Source of the DNA: Candidatus Poribacteria bacterium
GTDB lineage: Bacteria > Poribacteria > WGA-4E > WGA-3G
NCBI GenBank assembly: GCA_963663765.2
Contig: CAXXUA010000005.1
Span: 1,184,001 to 1,248,000 of the forward strand
Length of the DNA: 64,000 bases
Direction: 5' to 3'
The notes under the pieces were generated by a model. The model was not told the origin of the DNA and did no database searches. It saw only the letters and a program-made list of their open reading frames with translations. The translations under genes and the position numbers were made by a program. Positions 39,732-50,200 of the stretch are shown one piece after another (within the stretch, counting starts at the first letter, position 1; every line of letters starts with the position of its first letter).

Positions 39732-40706
39732 ATGCCAAAAGAATTAGTCGCAATTGCCCCACGGCAACCCGTCCTAAGAGAATATGAAGACGGACCCGTC
39801 CCCGCCGACAGCGTCCGTGTCCAAATTGAATTCGGTGCACCCAAACGCGGTACCGAGATGACACTATACTATGGATACCGAGGTGCAGGATTTCCACACG
39901 GACTCGGGAACATGTGCATCGGGAAAATCGTTGAAATCGGGGACAATGTCGAAGGATTTGAAATCGGGGAACGCGTCGCATCACACGGACATCTCAAAGA
40001 GACACACACATGGAATGCTGCACGTCTGCTCAAAATGCCAGACCGGATGACATGGAAAGAGGCAGTTTGTTATGACCCCGCACACTTCGCCTTATCCTCC
40101 ATCCGTGATGGACAAGTGCGTGTCGGAGACCGCGTTGCTGTTTTCGGTCTTGGTGCAATCGGTTTGATGACACAGCAGTTCGCAAAAGAAGCTGGGGCAG
40201 ATTTCATCGCATGTGTCGACCCCATAGAAAAACGCCGCGTCGTCGCTGAAAAAACTGGGGCAGATCTCGTTTTAGATCCAACCGCCTGCAATGTCGGTGA
40301 GGTGCTGCATGAGGTAAGTGGTGGTTTAGGATTTGATGTCGCCATCGAAACAAGCGCAAATTACAAAGCACTTGACGATGCAATACGCAGTATCGCATTT
40401 GAAGCCACTGTGGTCGTCGCAGGTTGGGCAAAAGAATGCAAAGGTGGATTAGACCTCGGTGCAGTCGCACACATGAACATCCCAAATCTTATCTTTGCAC
40501 GGGCAAACAGCGACCCCAACCGTGACCATCCCCGATGGAACTTCGCACGCATCCGAAACACATGCTGGCAATGGCTCACAGACGGCAGATTTAACTGCGA
40601 AAATATTGTTGATCCAGTAGTCCCATTTCAAGACTCAGTCGAGGCTTACATTGAGATGGACAACCATCCCGAACGCAGTGTCAAATTAGGTGTCTCTTTC
40701 CAGTAA
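39732..40706 (+). CDS. Medium-chain (zinc-type) alcohol dehydrogenase family protein
   Basis: VFGLGAIG NAD-binding motif and GroES-like N-terminus; ATG at 39732 after AAAGGAG. Confidence 0.88.
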   Translation: MPKELVAIAPRQPVLREYEDGPVPADSVRVQIEFGAPKRGTEMTLYYGYRGAGFPHGLGNMCIGKIVEIGDNVEGFEIGERVASHGHLKETHTWNAARLLKMPDRMTWKEAVCYDPAHFALSSIRDGQVRVGDRVAVFGLGAIGLMTQQFAKEAGADFIACVDPIEKRRVVAEKTGADLVLDPTACNVGEVLHEVSGGLGFDVAIETSANYKALDDAIRSIAFEATVVVAGWAKECKGGLDLGAVAHMNIPNLIFARANSDPNRDHPRWNFARIRNTCWQWLTDGRFNCENIVDPVVPFQDSVEAYIEMDNHPERSVKLGVSFQ

Positions 40707-41048
40707 ATGACAAAACTATTCATCAAACACGTTTCAATGCAAAATAAATTCGTCATTACGATAGAAAAATGGTATAATTAAATTATCAGTACGAACTCCT
40801 ACTGCATACTTTACTACCTAAAATAGACCACAGGTATATTCCTTTCTACAACATTTCTATTCTAACCCAATTTTTACCTTTCAGGGAAGCTGCGCGCTTG
40901 AACTGCTGTGTGTTATGAAATGTTGCTGACGTAACACCGTCTATTAGGAATACCCAGGTTCAAATGATTAAATATAGACCATTCTACTCAAAAGATATGA
41001 GATACCAAAATCCAATAACAAATTCGGCACAACACAAAAAGGAGAGAA

Positions 41049-42095
41049 ATGAAAATTGGGTTTGTCGTTAATGACATTAATACTGAACAGCCAATATACA
41101 CAACAACCCGAATGTCAATGCAAGCAACGAACATGGGACACGAAGCATGGATAATATCTGTAGGAGACCTCTCTTACGACCCAGACGAGTATATCAGAGC
41201 AATGGCACGGATGGCACCGCGCCGCAATTACAAATCACACACAACCTATTTCAAAGAACTACAGAGTGATCAGGCAAAAGTTGAACGTATCACCATTGAC
41301 GAATTGGATATCCTTTTACTTCGCAACAACCCCGCAGATGATGCGATTAATAGACCTTGGGCACAAAATGCTGGACTCATTTTCGGAAGAGTTGCAATGC
41401 GACACGGTGTCATCGTTCTCAACGACCCAAATGGACTCGCAAAAGCACCCAACAAGATGTACTTTCAAGATTTCCCTGAAGAAGTCCGACCAAAAACCCT
41501 TATCACAAGATGTCATACTGAAATAAAAACATTTGCTAAAGAACAAGGTGGAACCATCGTCCTCAAACCGCTTCATGGTTCTGGTGGCAATAATGTATTC
41601 CTTGTTAGACCTGATGACCTGCCAAACCTAAATCAAATGATAGATGCAGTCAGCCGAGATGGGTTTGTCATTGCACAAGAATATCTGACTGAAGCAGCAG
41701 ACGGGGACATGCGATTGTTTGTGCTCAACGGTAAACCGTTGCGATACCGAGGCAAGTATGCAGCCTTTCGTCGTGTCCGTATTGATGGTGATATGAGAAG
41801 TAATATTCACGCAGGTGGTGAAGTTCAACAGGCTGAAATTACACACACTGCATTAGAACTCGTGGAAATGGTACGGCCAAAGTTAGTGCAAGATGGCATG
41901 TTCTTTGCCGGATTAGACATCGTAGGAAACAAACTAATGGAAATTAATGTGTTCAGTCCCGGTGGGTTAGGCAGTGCACAGAAGTTTGAGAAGGTCAATT
42001 TCAATGTTGCTGTCATTGAAGCTCTTGAGAAAAAAGTACAGTATATGAAATACTATCGCCGTAACTTTGACAACGTAGAGATGGCGGTATTGTAA
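41049..42095 (+). CDS. gshB: Glutathione synthetase-like ATP-grasp ligase
   Basis: LRNNP, NKMY, VLKPLHGSGG, QEYL, GDMR, RSNIHAGG and EINVFSPGG motifs. Confidence 0.8.
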   Translation: MKIGFVVNDINTEQPIYTTTRMSMQATNMGHEAWIISVGDLSYDPDEYIRAMARMAPRRNYKSHTTYFKELQSDQAKVERITIDELDILLLRNNPADDAINRPWAQNAGLIFGRVAMRHGVIVLNDPNGLAKAPNKMYFQDFPEEVRPKTLITRCHTEIKTFAKEQGGTIVLKPLHGSGGNNVFLVRPDDLPNLNQMIDAVSRDGFVIAQEYLTEAADGDMRLFVLNGKPLRYRGKYAAFRRVRIDGDMRSNIHAGGEVQQAEITHTALELVEMVRPKLVQDGMFFAGLDIVGNKLMEINVFSPGGLGSAQKFEKVNFNVAVIEALEKKVQYMKYYRRNFDNVEMAVL

Positions 42096-42355
42096 ATTCA
42101 CCACTTTGAAACCGTCATTACTGAAGAATTTGCCTTCTGTTTCGCGCTACTGCGTCTCAAAGGTGCTACGGACTCAACCGGCAATCTAATCGCTATTCCA
42201 TACCCCTTCACTTTTCTGGTTGTTTCTGCACAAAATCGTGCAGTCATCTTCCTATTTGATCCTTTACGGGCAATTTATGGTGAAATTTGAAAATTAGTTT
42301 ACATTTCTACAATTTACCATATTGGTTGTCATGTCCGTATTCTATTCTCATATTT

Positions 42356-42550
42356 GGTAGGAGCGACCTCCTGGTCGCGAATGTTTTGATACATGGTCTC
42401 CATACGGTCGCGACCAGGAGGTCGCTCCTACCCACGCGGGGAACGGTCGCGACCAGGAGGTCGCTTCCTACCCACGCAGGGAACGGTCACGAACAGGAGG
42501 TCGCTCCTACCCACGCAGGGAACGGTCGTGACCAAGTGGTCGCTCCTACC
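42356..42550. repeat. REP array: one forward copy plus four ~39-bp tandem inverted copies
   Basis: GGTAGGAGCGACCTCCTGGTCGCGA, then ACGGTCGCGACCAGGAGGTCGCTCCTACC-type units at 42404, 42443, 42483 and 42522. Confidence 0.85.
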
Positions 42551-42713
42551 TGTGCAAGTGTGTAATTAATTCCATAATTTACCACAAACATGAAGTATTA
42601 TATTTTGTAGGTATGTTTAACGGATTTGGCACTGGCACAGAAATTGCGCATACAGTAGCATAACCCCAACAACATCAAAATCAAAATTGTCATTACAGAG
42701 GAGAGATAAAACA

Positions 42714-43928
42714 GTGCGAAAAGTCTTTGCTAAATTGAGTTATGCTTTTATCATTATTATGCTAACTGCCGTTATTAACATGGGTTGTAGTTTGAGCGTT
42801 CTTGAACAGCGTCAGAAAACGGTTGCTCCTGAAAAACCACAAGAAAGCATTTTCACTGTTGTAAACACTACAGATGTAAAAAAACCTACAATCGTGAGTT
42901 CTATACGTCTACCCTTTCGCGTTAGTCAAAACAACACTATTGCCCTTTCAGGCAAGCATGCTTATATTACTACTAAACATCACTTACATGTAATTGATGT
43001 TTCTAACCTGCAACAGCCCTCATACATGACATCAATCATATTCCCTGATGAAATTGGTAAGGTACGCGTATCCAAACATCAGGTTTTTGTAGCAAGTCGT
43101 CAAAAGATTTATCTTGTAGACGTATCCAAACTGCCTAATCCTGTGATTCAATCCGTGGTGAGTCTACACCATTCAAATGTAATAAGAGAATTCGATATCC
43201 ATGAATCTTTTTTATATGTTTTGGACATCAATGCTTATTTTCACATTTATTCTATAATTGATGGGAATGCCCAATTCGTTGAGACTGTTGAGATCAAATC
43301 TCCTTCCTCGTTAGTGGGAGTTAGAGCAAAAGGAGCAGCAGTAGAACAGATTTTACTGGAGCATAGAACTTCTACCGACCCCGGTTGGGAGCAGCTTTCA
43401 AATAGAACCGACCTCTTAGAAATAAGTGGTAGATATGAGAAGGTTCGAATTTCCAAGGATTATCTGATATACGCAAGTCATAGATATCCAAATCGCGATA
43501 TTACGATTGTCTGGGGAAAGAACCAATACCGCCCTAATATGTGGGAGTGGCTTGAACACTACAACATAGGGGTGAACTATCTCGCGCATCTATACTTAAC
43601 AGGAAAAAAGAAACTTGCACGTGGTAAACCGACAGAGGCTTACATTGAACATTCAAACAGGATCCAGTTCATCGCGCAAGACCAATGGTCTGAGACAATT
43701 GACTTTAAAGACAATCATTTGTTGGGACCAATTACAGATTTTCAAATATCTCGGAAATTGCTTTACGTAGCAAACGCAAAAGGTGTCCTTTCTATTATCC
43801 ATCTTGATGCGCAAGAAAGGCATCGTTTCATATCTGCTACAACACTTCAGGATCAACACCCGATTAGCATTGCTGTTGATGAAGATTACGTCTATATATT
43901 AGCTGCACCGGAAGATTCACAAAGATGA
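42714..43928 (+). CDS. Putative lipoprotein with LVIVD-like repeats
   Basis: GTG start after GAGGAG; hydrophobic leader ending NMGC; LHVIDVSN and IYLVDVS repeats. Confidence 0.7.
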   Translation: MRKVFAKLSYAFIIIMLTAVINMGCSLSVLEQRQKTVAPEKPQESIFTVVNTTDVKKPTIVSSIRLPFRVSQNNTIALSGKHAYITTKHHLHVIDVSNLQQPSYMTSIIFPDEIGKVRVSKHQVFVASRQKIYLVDVSKLPNPVIQSVVSLHHSNVIREFDIHESFLYVLDINAYFHIYSIIDGNAQFVETVEIKSPSSLVGVRAKGAAVEQILLEHRTSTDPGWEQLSNRTDLLEISGRYEKVRISKDYLIYASHRYPNRDITIVWGKNQYRPNMWEWLEHYNIGVNYLAHLYLTGKKKLARGKPTEAYIEHSNRIQFIAQDQWSETIDFKDNHLLGPITDFQISRKLLYVANAKGVLSIIHLDAQERHRFISATTLQDQHPISIAVDEDYVYILAAPEDSQR

Positions 43929-43962
43929 ACTCTTTACGACACCAAACGTAGTTATTTTGGTA

Positions 43963-46900
43963 TTACGCGGCATTCTGAATTGCGGTATTGATTGTCAAAT
44001 CATCAAATGGTCGTCCATCTTTGTCTGTGATGCGTAGGTAAAATCCCCATCCCCCCATCTCATTACACACCTTAACGAGGATACTGTTTTCGCCAGGTTT
44101 GAGTGTCACGGGAATAGTGTATGTATCAACTATTGCCATAAAGGCTTTTGTATGGGAAAATACTTCTTTCCCATTTAACCATACTTTTCCTTGGTCATCA
44201 CTATCAAATCTGAATTGGACTTCGCGTTCATCAGGTGAGGTAACGGTGGCAAAAGCATAAGATATCTGCCAGTCAGCATCCTTTTCTCCAAGATGGATAT
44301 ACCCATCTAATTCCGCATCGGTAAACTTTTTCCAACGCACTAGTCCATTCAGTCCATCATGTTTTGCACTCAAATCAATCTCTGTCCTGACTTCGGGGAT
44401 GTATGCTGCATCAAATCCAACACCGTTGACATTATCAAATGGACCAAGCACCATCCATGCGTCTTCAGTAACAAAACCTGTTTTTTGTATATACCCATCT
44501 GCCTTCTCAAGATTACCATGATCCCAATAGTATTCTGCTAATTCGAAATGTGTATCTAACAAAAGTCTTAGACTAAAGTGATCGTTTGGGTCAAGTTCAG
44601 CAGCTATGTCCTCAATTTTTTGAATATGCTCATCTACTTTATCAAACATCTCACTATCGTGATAATAGCCTGCTATACTAAGGTAGACATTTACTTGAAG
44701 CGATAAGCGTTCTGAGGATAGGTCTGAAGCTACGGAGTCAATCTGCTGAAAATGTACATCTGCCTTTTCAAGCATATCATTATCGTGATAGAATTTTGCC
44801 AAAACTAAGTGTGCATTCAATTGGATACTTAAACTATCATTAAAATACTCGATTAATTCATTCAGCATATTGACATATCTCTCTTTGTCATGAACGTCTT
44901 TGCCTGCTTTGCCAATTCTTGTGAACAACTTACGATGAAAACTTGGGTGTGTAGTAACATCCCGATCTCCTGGGTGGTCTGCAGCGGTTAGGTATTTCAT
45001 AAATTCTTCAAGTGCCTCATCAAACCATTCATTTGCCAGATATACCTCGCCTTTCCACAACATATATTCTGAAGTTTTTGGTTTTTGTGGGGAATGTTCA
45101 AGGAATTGCAGCACATTTTCTGTGGGTTTTTCTTCAACAGGAAGGTTTTGCTCAGATGTATTTTCTGCGTCCTTTCCGCGTGCACTTGATAGCACTTTGT
45201 CCCAATCCCAAAGAAGAATGTTACCACCACCGACACTCATAAGCGTTTTATTATCAGGAGAAAATTTCAAATCCTTTATAGATTCTGAATCTCCGTCAAG
45301 CGAAGAAAACTTCTCACCTGTAGCAACATCCCATAATTGAATGCCTCCATCATCAAGACTTCTAAGTAGCACGTTATCACCTGGTGAAAAAACCAATATA
45401 TCGTCATATACGTATCCTGTCGCGGAAACTTCCTTAAAATGGGGTATGTTTGAACTTCCCAATATACGAATTCTTTCTCCGCTTCCCACGGCAATTAGCG
45501 AACCATCTGAAGAAAATGCAAAAGTTGTGATAGGCTCCTGATAATTTTCATCAATTGGCGGTTGTTCTTCAAAAAAAGAAGATAATTCAATTCCTGTTTC
45601 CACATCCCAAAGCTGAACAAGTCCTCCTTTTGTTCCACTGACAATCTTTTTCCCATCAGGTGAAAATTCAAAAGCATTGAGCTCAGGAGTATGTGTAATG
45701 GTATCATCATCGGGTTCTTCGGCTATAATAATCGTACCCTCTTCACCTATTTCCATATTCAATAAGCGGATCGTATTCCCACCACTACATGCTGCGGTTT
45801 TCCCATTAGGTGAAAATTTCGTTAGATATGAATTGGGAAATGTTTCCAATTCACGTCCTGTTCTTACATCAGTCAAGCGAAGTACATATTCACCAAAGTT
45901 TGGGTTTGACGGATCGTTCTGTATGCCATCATTTGCGAGTATTGTTCCATCAGGTGATAACACAAGGTTTCTCCACGTACGCCAATATAAAGGTTCCTCA
46001 AGCGTTGCTTTAGTTACTAAAGTCGTTTTTTGTGAGTTTTTCAGATCCCAATTGGTGATGATACCTTCATTCGAAACACTCGTCAACTTAGATCCACCAT
46101 CAAAAAAGGAAGCGGTACTTATCCACAGATGTCCTACAATTTTGGACGTCAGTGCTTTCCTCATTTCAATATCCCAGAATTGAACAGTACCATCCGCACT
46201 CCTACTTGCAAGTATGTTACCGTCAGGGGAAAATGTTAATTGCTCAACATTGCTGAGATGTCCAGTAAAAGTTGCAATCAGTTCACCATTCATTGTATTC
46301 CACAATTTCACAGTGCTATCTTCACTTCCACATGCAAGTAGTAATCCATCTGAAGAAAATGCCAATGTAGATGGTCTATCATACCCCTGGTCTTTCATAG
46401 GATTATGTACGATATCTTTACCATTTCCCCTTGACATAAACCACATATTACTATCTTTTGTAGGCGTTTGTATGACAATCAATTCTTCACCTGATGTTGT
46501 GTCCCATATTTGTATGGTTGTGTCAAGGTTACCTGTTGCGAGTCGTGTACCATCAAGAGAAAATTCCATAGTAATTGCATGGTTTGTTCGCGTGAAATAG
46601 TCTGGCATATTAACTTTCTTACCCATTTTCCTGAGTGTGGATAATTTCTCACCTGTAGTCGTATTCCACAACTCAAGTCTACCATCACCGCTTCCAATAG
46701 CGATTTTATCATCTGTCAAAGCACATTCATTAGGATGTATATAAGTGGCTTCTTTTTGCAATTTTATCTCTGTGTTCTTTCCAGTCTCAACATCCAACCT
46801 GCAAATCTTGTCTCCTGAGTCACTGAGATAAACTAATGTTTTGCTATCATTTGAGAACCGCAACACATTCGTGTCAGGTAAATCATCTTGTAGCGGTACT

Positions 46901-47166
46901 TCACGTTGCGTAGCGATTTCCCACAGTTGGAATTGTTCTCCACCTTTTGCGAGAAAGCGACCATCTGGTGAGAATGCAAGAGATCCGCGCCGTCCTGTAA
47001 ATAAGGACACCTCTTTACCTGTTTTCACATCGTAAAACCAGACACCAGTAGGGCAGCTCACCGCGAGTTGTGTGCCGTCTGGTGAAAACTGCATTGCCCA
47101 AATGCTCCCCTTGCCTAAACGGGCTTCCGCCTTTTCCGGAAGATTCCATTGTGGATAATTTTCCAT
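43963..47166 (-). CDS. WD40-repeat protein with TPR-like helices and a C-terminal PA14/carbohydrate-binding-like domain
   Basis: AFSPDG/LWD repeats, helical repeats, then WMVLGPF...SDDQGKVWLNG...ILVKV. Confidence 0.85.
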   Translation of the reverse strand: MENYPQWNLPEKAEARLGKGSIWAMQFSPDGTQLAVSCPTGVWFYDVKTGKEVSLFTGRRGSLAFSPDGRFLAKGGEQFQLWEIATQREVPLQDDLPDTNVLRFSNDSKTLVYLSDSGDKICRLDVETGKNTEIKLQKEATYIHPNECALTDDKIAIGSGDGRLELWNTTTGEKLSTLRKMGKKVNMPDYFTRTNHAITMEFSLDGTRLATGNLDTTIQIWDTTSGEELIVIQTPTKDSNMWFMSRGNGKDIVHNPMKDQGYDRPSTLAFSSDGLLLACGSEDSTVKLWNTMNGELIATFTGHLSNVEQLTFSPDGNILASRSADGTVQFWDIEMRKALTSKIVGHLWISTASFFDGGSKLTSVSNEGIITNWDLKNSQKTTLVTKATLEEPLYWRTWRNLVLSPDGTILANDGIQNDPSNPNFGEYVLRLTDVRTGRELETFPNSYLTKFSPNGKTAACSGGNTIRLLNMEIGEEGTIIIAEEPDDDTITHTPELNAFEFSPDGKKIVSGTKGGLVQLWDVETGIELSSFFEEQPPIDENYQEPITTFAFSSDGSLIAVGSGERIRILGSSNIPHFKEVSATGYVYDDILVFSPGDNVLLRSLDDGGIQLWDVATGEKFSSLDGDSESIKDLKFSPDNKTLMSVGGGNILLWDWDKVLSSARGKDAENTSEQNLPVEEKPTENVLQFLEHSPQKPKTSEYMLWKGEVYLANEWFDEALEEFMKYLTAADHPGDRDVTTHPSFHRKLFTRIGKAGKDVHDKERYVNMLNELIEYFNDSLSIQLNAHLVLAKFYHDNDMLEKADVHFQQIDSVASDLSSERLSLQVNVYLSIAGYYHDSEMFDKVDEHIQKIEDIAAELDPNDHFSLRLLLDTHFELAEYYWDHGNLEKADGYIQKTGFVTEDAWMVLGPFDNVNGVGFDAAYIPEVRTEIDLSAKHDGLNGLVRWKKFTDAELDGYIHLGEKDADWQISYAFATVTSPDEREVQFRFDSDDQGKVWLNGKEVFSHTKAFMAIVDTYTIPVTLKPGENSILVKVCNEMGGWGFYLRITDKDGRPFDDLTINTAIQNAA

Positions 47167-47201
47167 TTTATTCTCCTTATCTTTTCTTGTAGTACGTCAT
47201 T

Positions 47202-50200
47202 TTACTTGACAATCTGAATTGTACCCATAGAGGCAACAGCGGACTTTGTCGGATCGTACATCGCTTCTGCAGAGACAGGTGGCACTGTAAATGTGCCTTC
47301 TGTTACCGCACGGAGTGCGTAATAGAATCTCTCTTGTCGTCTCAGTTGGAATGTACCGTAAAAGACAAGGCGATCATCCCGAATGTCAACATAACTGGGT
47401 CTATACCCTTTCCTATTCGCCGTAGATGCACCTTCGCGAGTCACCAAACGCGGATTTTCAATCTCAAAACCGGCAGGCAACATATCAACAACTGCTACGT
47501 TTGCAAGATTACTTGTGAGTGCTTCCACAGTGATCTCAGCAATGACTAATTCACCTTGTTTAAAGTTGTTTTTGACTCTGGAACCGTCGGGGGTAAGATA
47601 ACGACGTGTGAGCTGCAACTCGCGTCCATATTCCTCAATGTAGGAATCCCTGCTAATACCAAACGCTTCCCAATAATAGTAGCACGTGCCTTCACCTTTG
47701 ACCGTAATATCTATCTTTTCACCATCCCAATCGGAACCGGTGTGTCTTGCACTCGTTGAATCAAAGTTGGCAAAATGTGCTCCATTTCGTGTCAGGGTTC
47801 CCGTATATTTTTGGTTAGGACGTTTATTCAGGAACTTACCGAGAGCCAACAAAGCGAACGCATTTTCCTGGGTATTTGTCCATCGTTGTCCTTTTGCTGC
47901 TGCCTCGGTTAGACTTTCGACGAGTTTTGTGATAGCTGGATGGTCCTCCTTGATTTCCACCAACACATCCAAAATGATGGCTTGTGCGCGAATAGAGGAG
48001 TCAAAATTCCGTCCCGAATCTCGTGTTTCCTTGTCATCCAAAACTATCTCTTCAGGCAGCATTGACAGTGCGGTCTCAACATCTCCACTAAGTGCAAACG
48101 CACCGGCAAGTTGAAACTGACTATATACGTTAAGTTCGGTTAATCGGTTGTTTCTGAGGTAGTGCATCACAGATTTTTCAGGTTGATTTGCTGCTGCCAA
48201 CACATAGCAGGCATACGCTGCTCGCGCAAGGAGGTATCTATCCGATTTTTCATGTGGCACGTTGATACTTCCACCACGTCTGGCTTGTTGCCTTAGACCT
48301 TCCAGCATCCGGTTATAGACATTATCGGATACCTTGTAGCCTGCTTTCCGAGCTTCAACAAGGAAATGAGAAGCATAGACACTGCTCCAATTGTTGATGT
48401 GGGACCTGCCTTGCCAATAAGCAAAATTATGGTCAGGTAACAGCATATCTTCCAATTTTGTGATACCTGCGTTAATATACTCGTCAATCTTTCCCTCCTC
48501 AGCTAATTCGGGTTCAACGATTCGCGCAAGGTCGCTCAGGTAAAGTAGTGGGAAAACACGACTGGTTGTTTGTTCAAGACACCCGTGCGGGTACCTCACA
48601 AGATAGCGAAGTCCGTTAGCGAACCTAACAGACGGCAGCGGTGATACAGTCAGCATAAACTCAGATGTCTCTGCTCTCAGATTTGAAGGGAATATGAAAT
48701 CTGCCGGTTCACCCTCTCGGACAATACCGTGCCCCGTTTTCGTAACAGGTGGAGCGGCAGACCGAACAGGTAAACGCATAGGAGCAAATTGTATATCTTC
48801 ACCGTTGCCAGATGCAGATAGATTAAACTCCGCAATGCCAATTTCATCGTGTGTGACCACATCAAAATATAGCTGTCCCTCTTTGCCCGATGCAATCTGC
48901 ATCTGTTTTTCAAGGGAATCCTCTTTCGCAAAAACCAGATGATTTTTAGGACCATTTTCAGTTAAGAGTTGGACAGGACCAGTTCCTTTCAATTTCACAG
49001 TGAATGTCCCTGTGTTCCCAGTGCTATTATAGATAGAAACAGGAATGCGAACCTGATCCCCACCAGTGAGAAAGCGAGGGAAGGTCGGTGTTAACACAAC
49101 AGGATCACGCACCTGTATCTTTTCAGTTGCTGAACCGTAATCTACACCGGAAAATGCAACCGCCATCACCCGCAATGTACCGTTGAACTGAGGCACCTTG
49201 AAACGGACGCTGCCATTTCCTTCTACATCCGTAGTCGTTAAACCTGACCACAATGCAACTGATGATACACGCACGACGCTATCCGTGTTGAGTCTACTTT
49301 GCAATTTTGAACTGACCGTGGAGAGAGCACTTTGTCTTGCAATACCAAGTCCTCTTTCCCTTCTGCTAAACGCCAAATCCGCAACTTCACTATCAGCTTG
49401 AAGACTTTCAACTAAACGTTCCTCTCTCATCAATTGACTATGCTCAGTCACCTTCGCCATCTCTGAAATTACCACATTCATCAAATCGGCAAGGGATTCA
49501 ATCGGTTTAATGGGAAATTGGTCATCCTTTGTAATCGTGTTGTAGAACTCATACGAGATAGTGTTAAGTCTTCTCTGCTGATAAAAACGGTTGTGCGGTT
49601 GCGGCGTTTGGTAACTTGTCAATTGAAGAATACCCTCGTCAACAGCAGCGATTGCAATTCGGTAAGGTTGTCCTTTCCGTTCACCTTGCACCTTAAACTT
49701 TATTTCCACCTCACTGTTCGGTCGAATCTGTTCAGGTGTGTCCATCTCCACCGTCAATTCATGCTGTTTCGCATCAAGTTTCAGCGGAACGACACCGAAC
49801 GCACGCGCCGGCAGGTCCTTCTCTAATGATGTTGTAGATCGAATTAGCATTGCAGAGAGATAGACGTTTGGACCATAATCGTCCTGAACAGGAATCGTCA
49901 ATGTCGCAGTATCTGCATCAATCATGACCGTCTGGAAACTCAACACCTTTTCACGTTCAATTGTTAGCAATACCTTACCAGAGAAAGGTGCTTTAATAGT
50001 TAACTTCGCCTTTTCTCCAGGACGATATGCGGCTTTATCAAGTGTCATATCAAGTGTATTGGGGTTTTCCTTTGACCACGACACACCACCCCATTCCGCT
50101 ACATAGAATTGTGTTGAAACCTTTGCCCCACCCTCAACATCCTCAACTTCAACGCGATGCACCCCAAAAGCAACAGGCGTAAAACTGAAATCCGCTATCC

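Noticed and set aside
42096-42260. Riboswitch or 49-aa minus-strand ORF downstream of gshB
   Set aside because: No convincing aptamer consensus or recognisable protein motif.
42404-42550. Mini-CRISPR, or the coding repeat ORF 42287-42565
   Set aside because: Linkers are short and near-identical, and the unit is the dispersed REP seen elsewhere; the ORF is a translation of the repeat.
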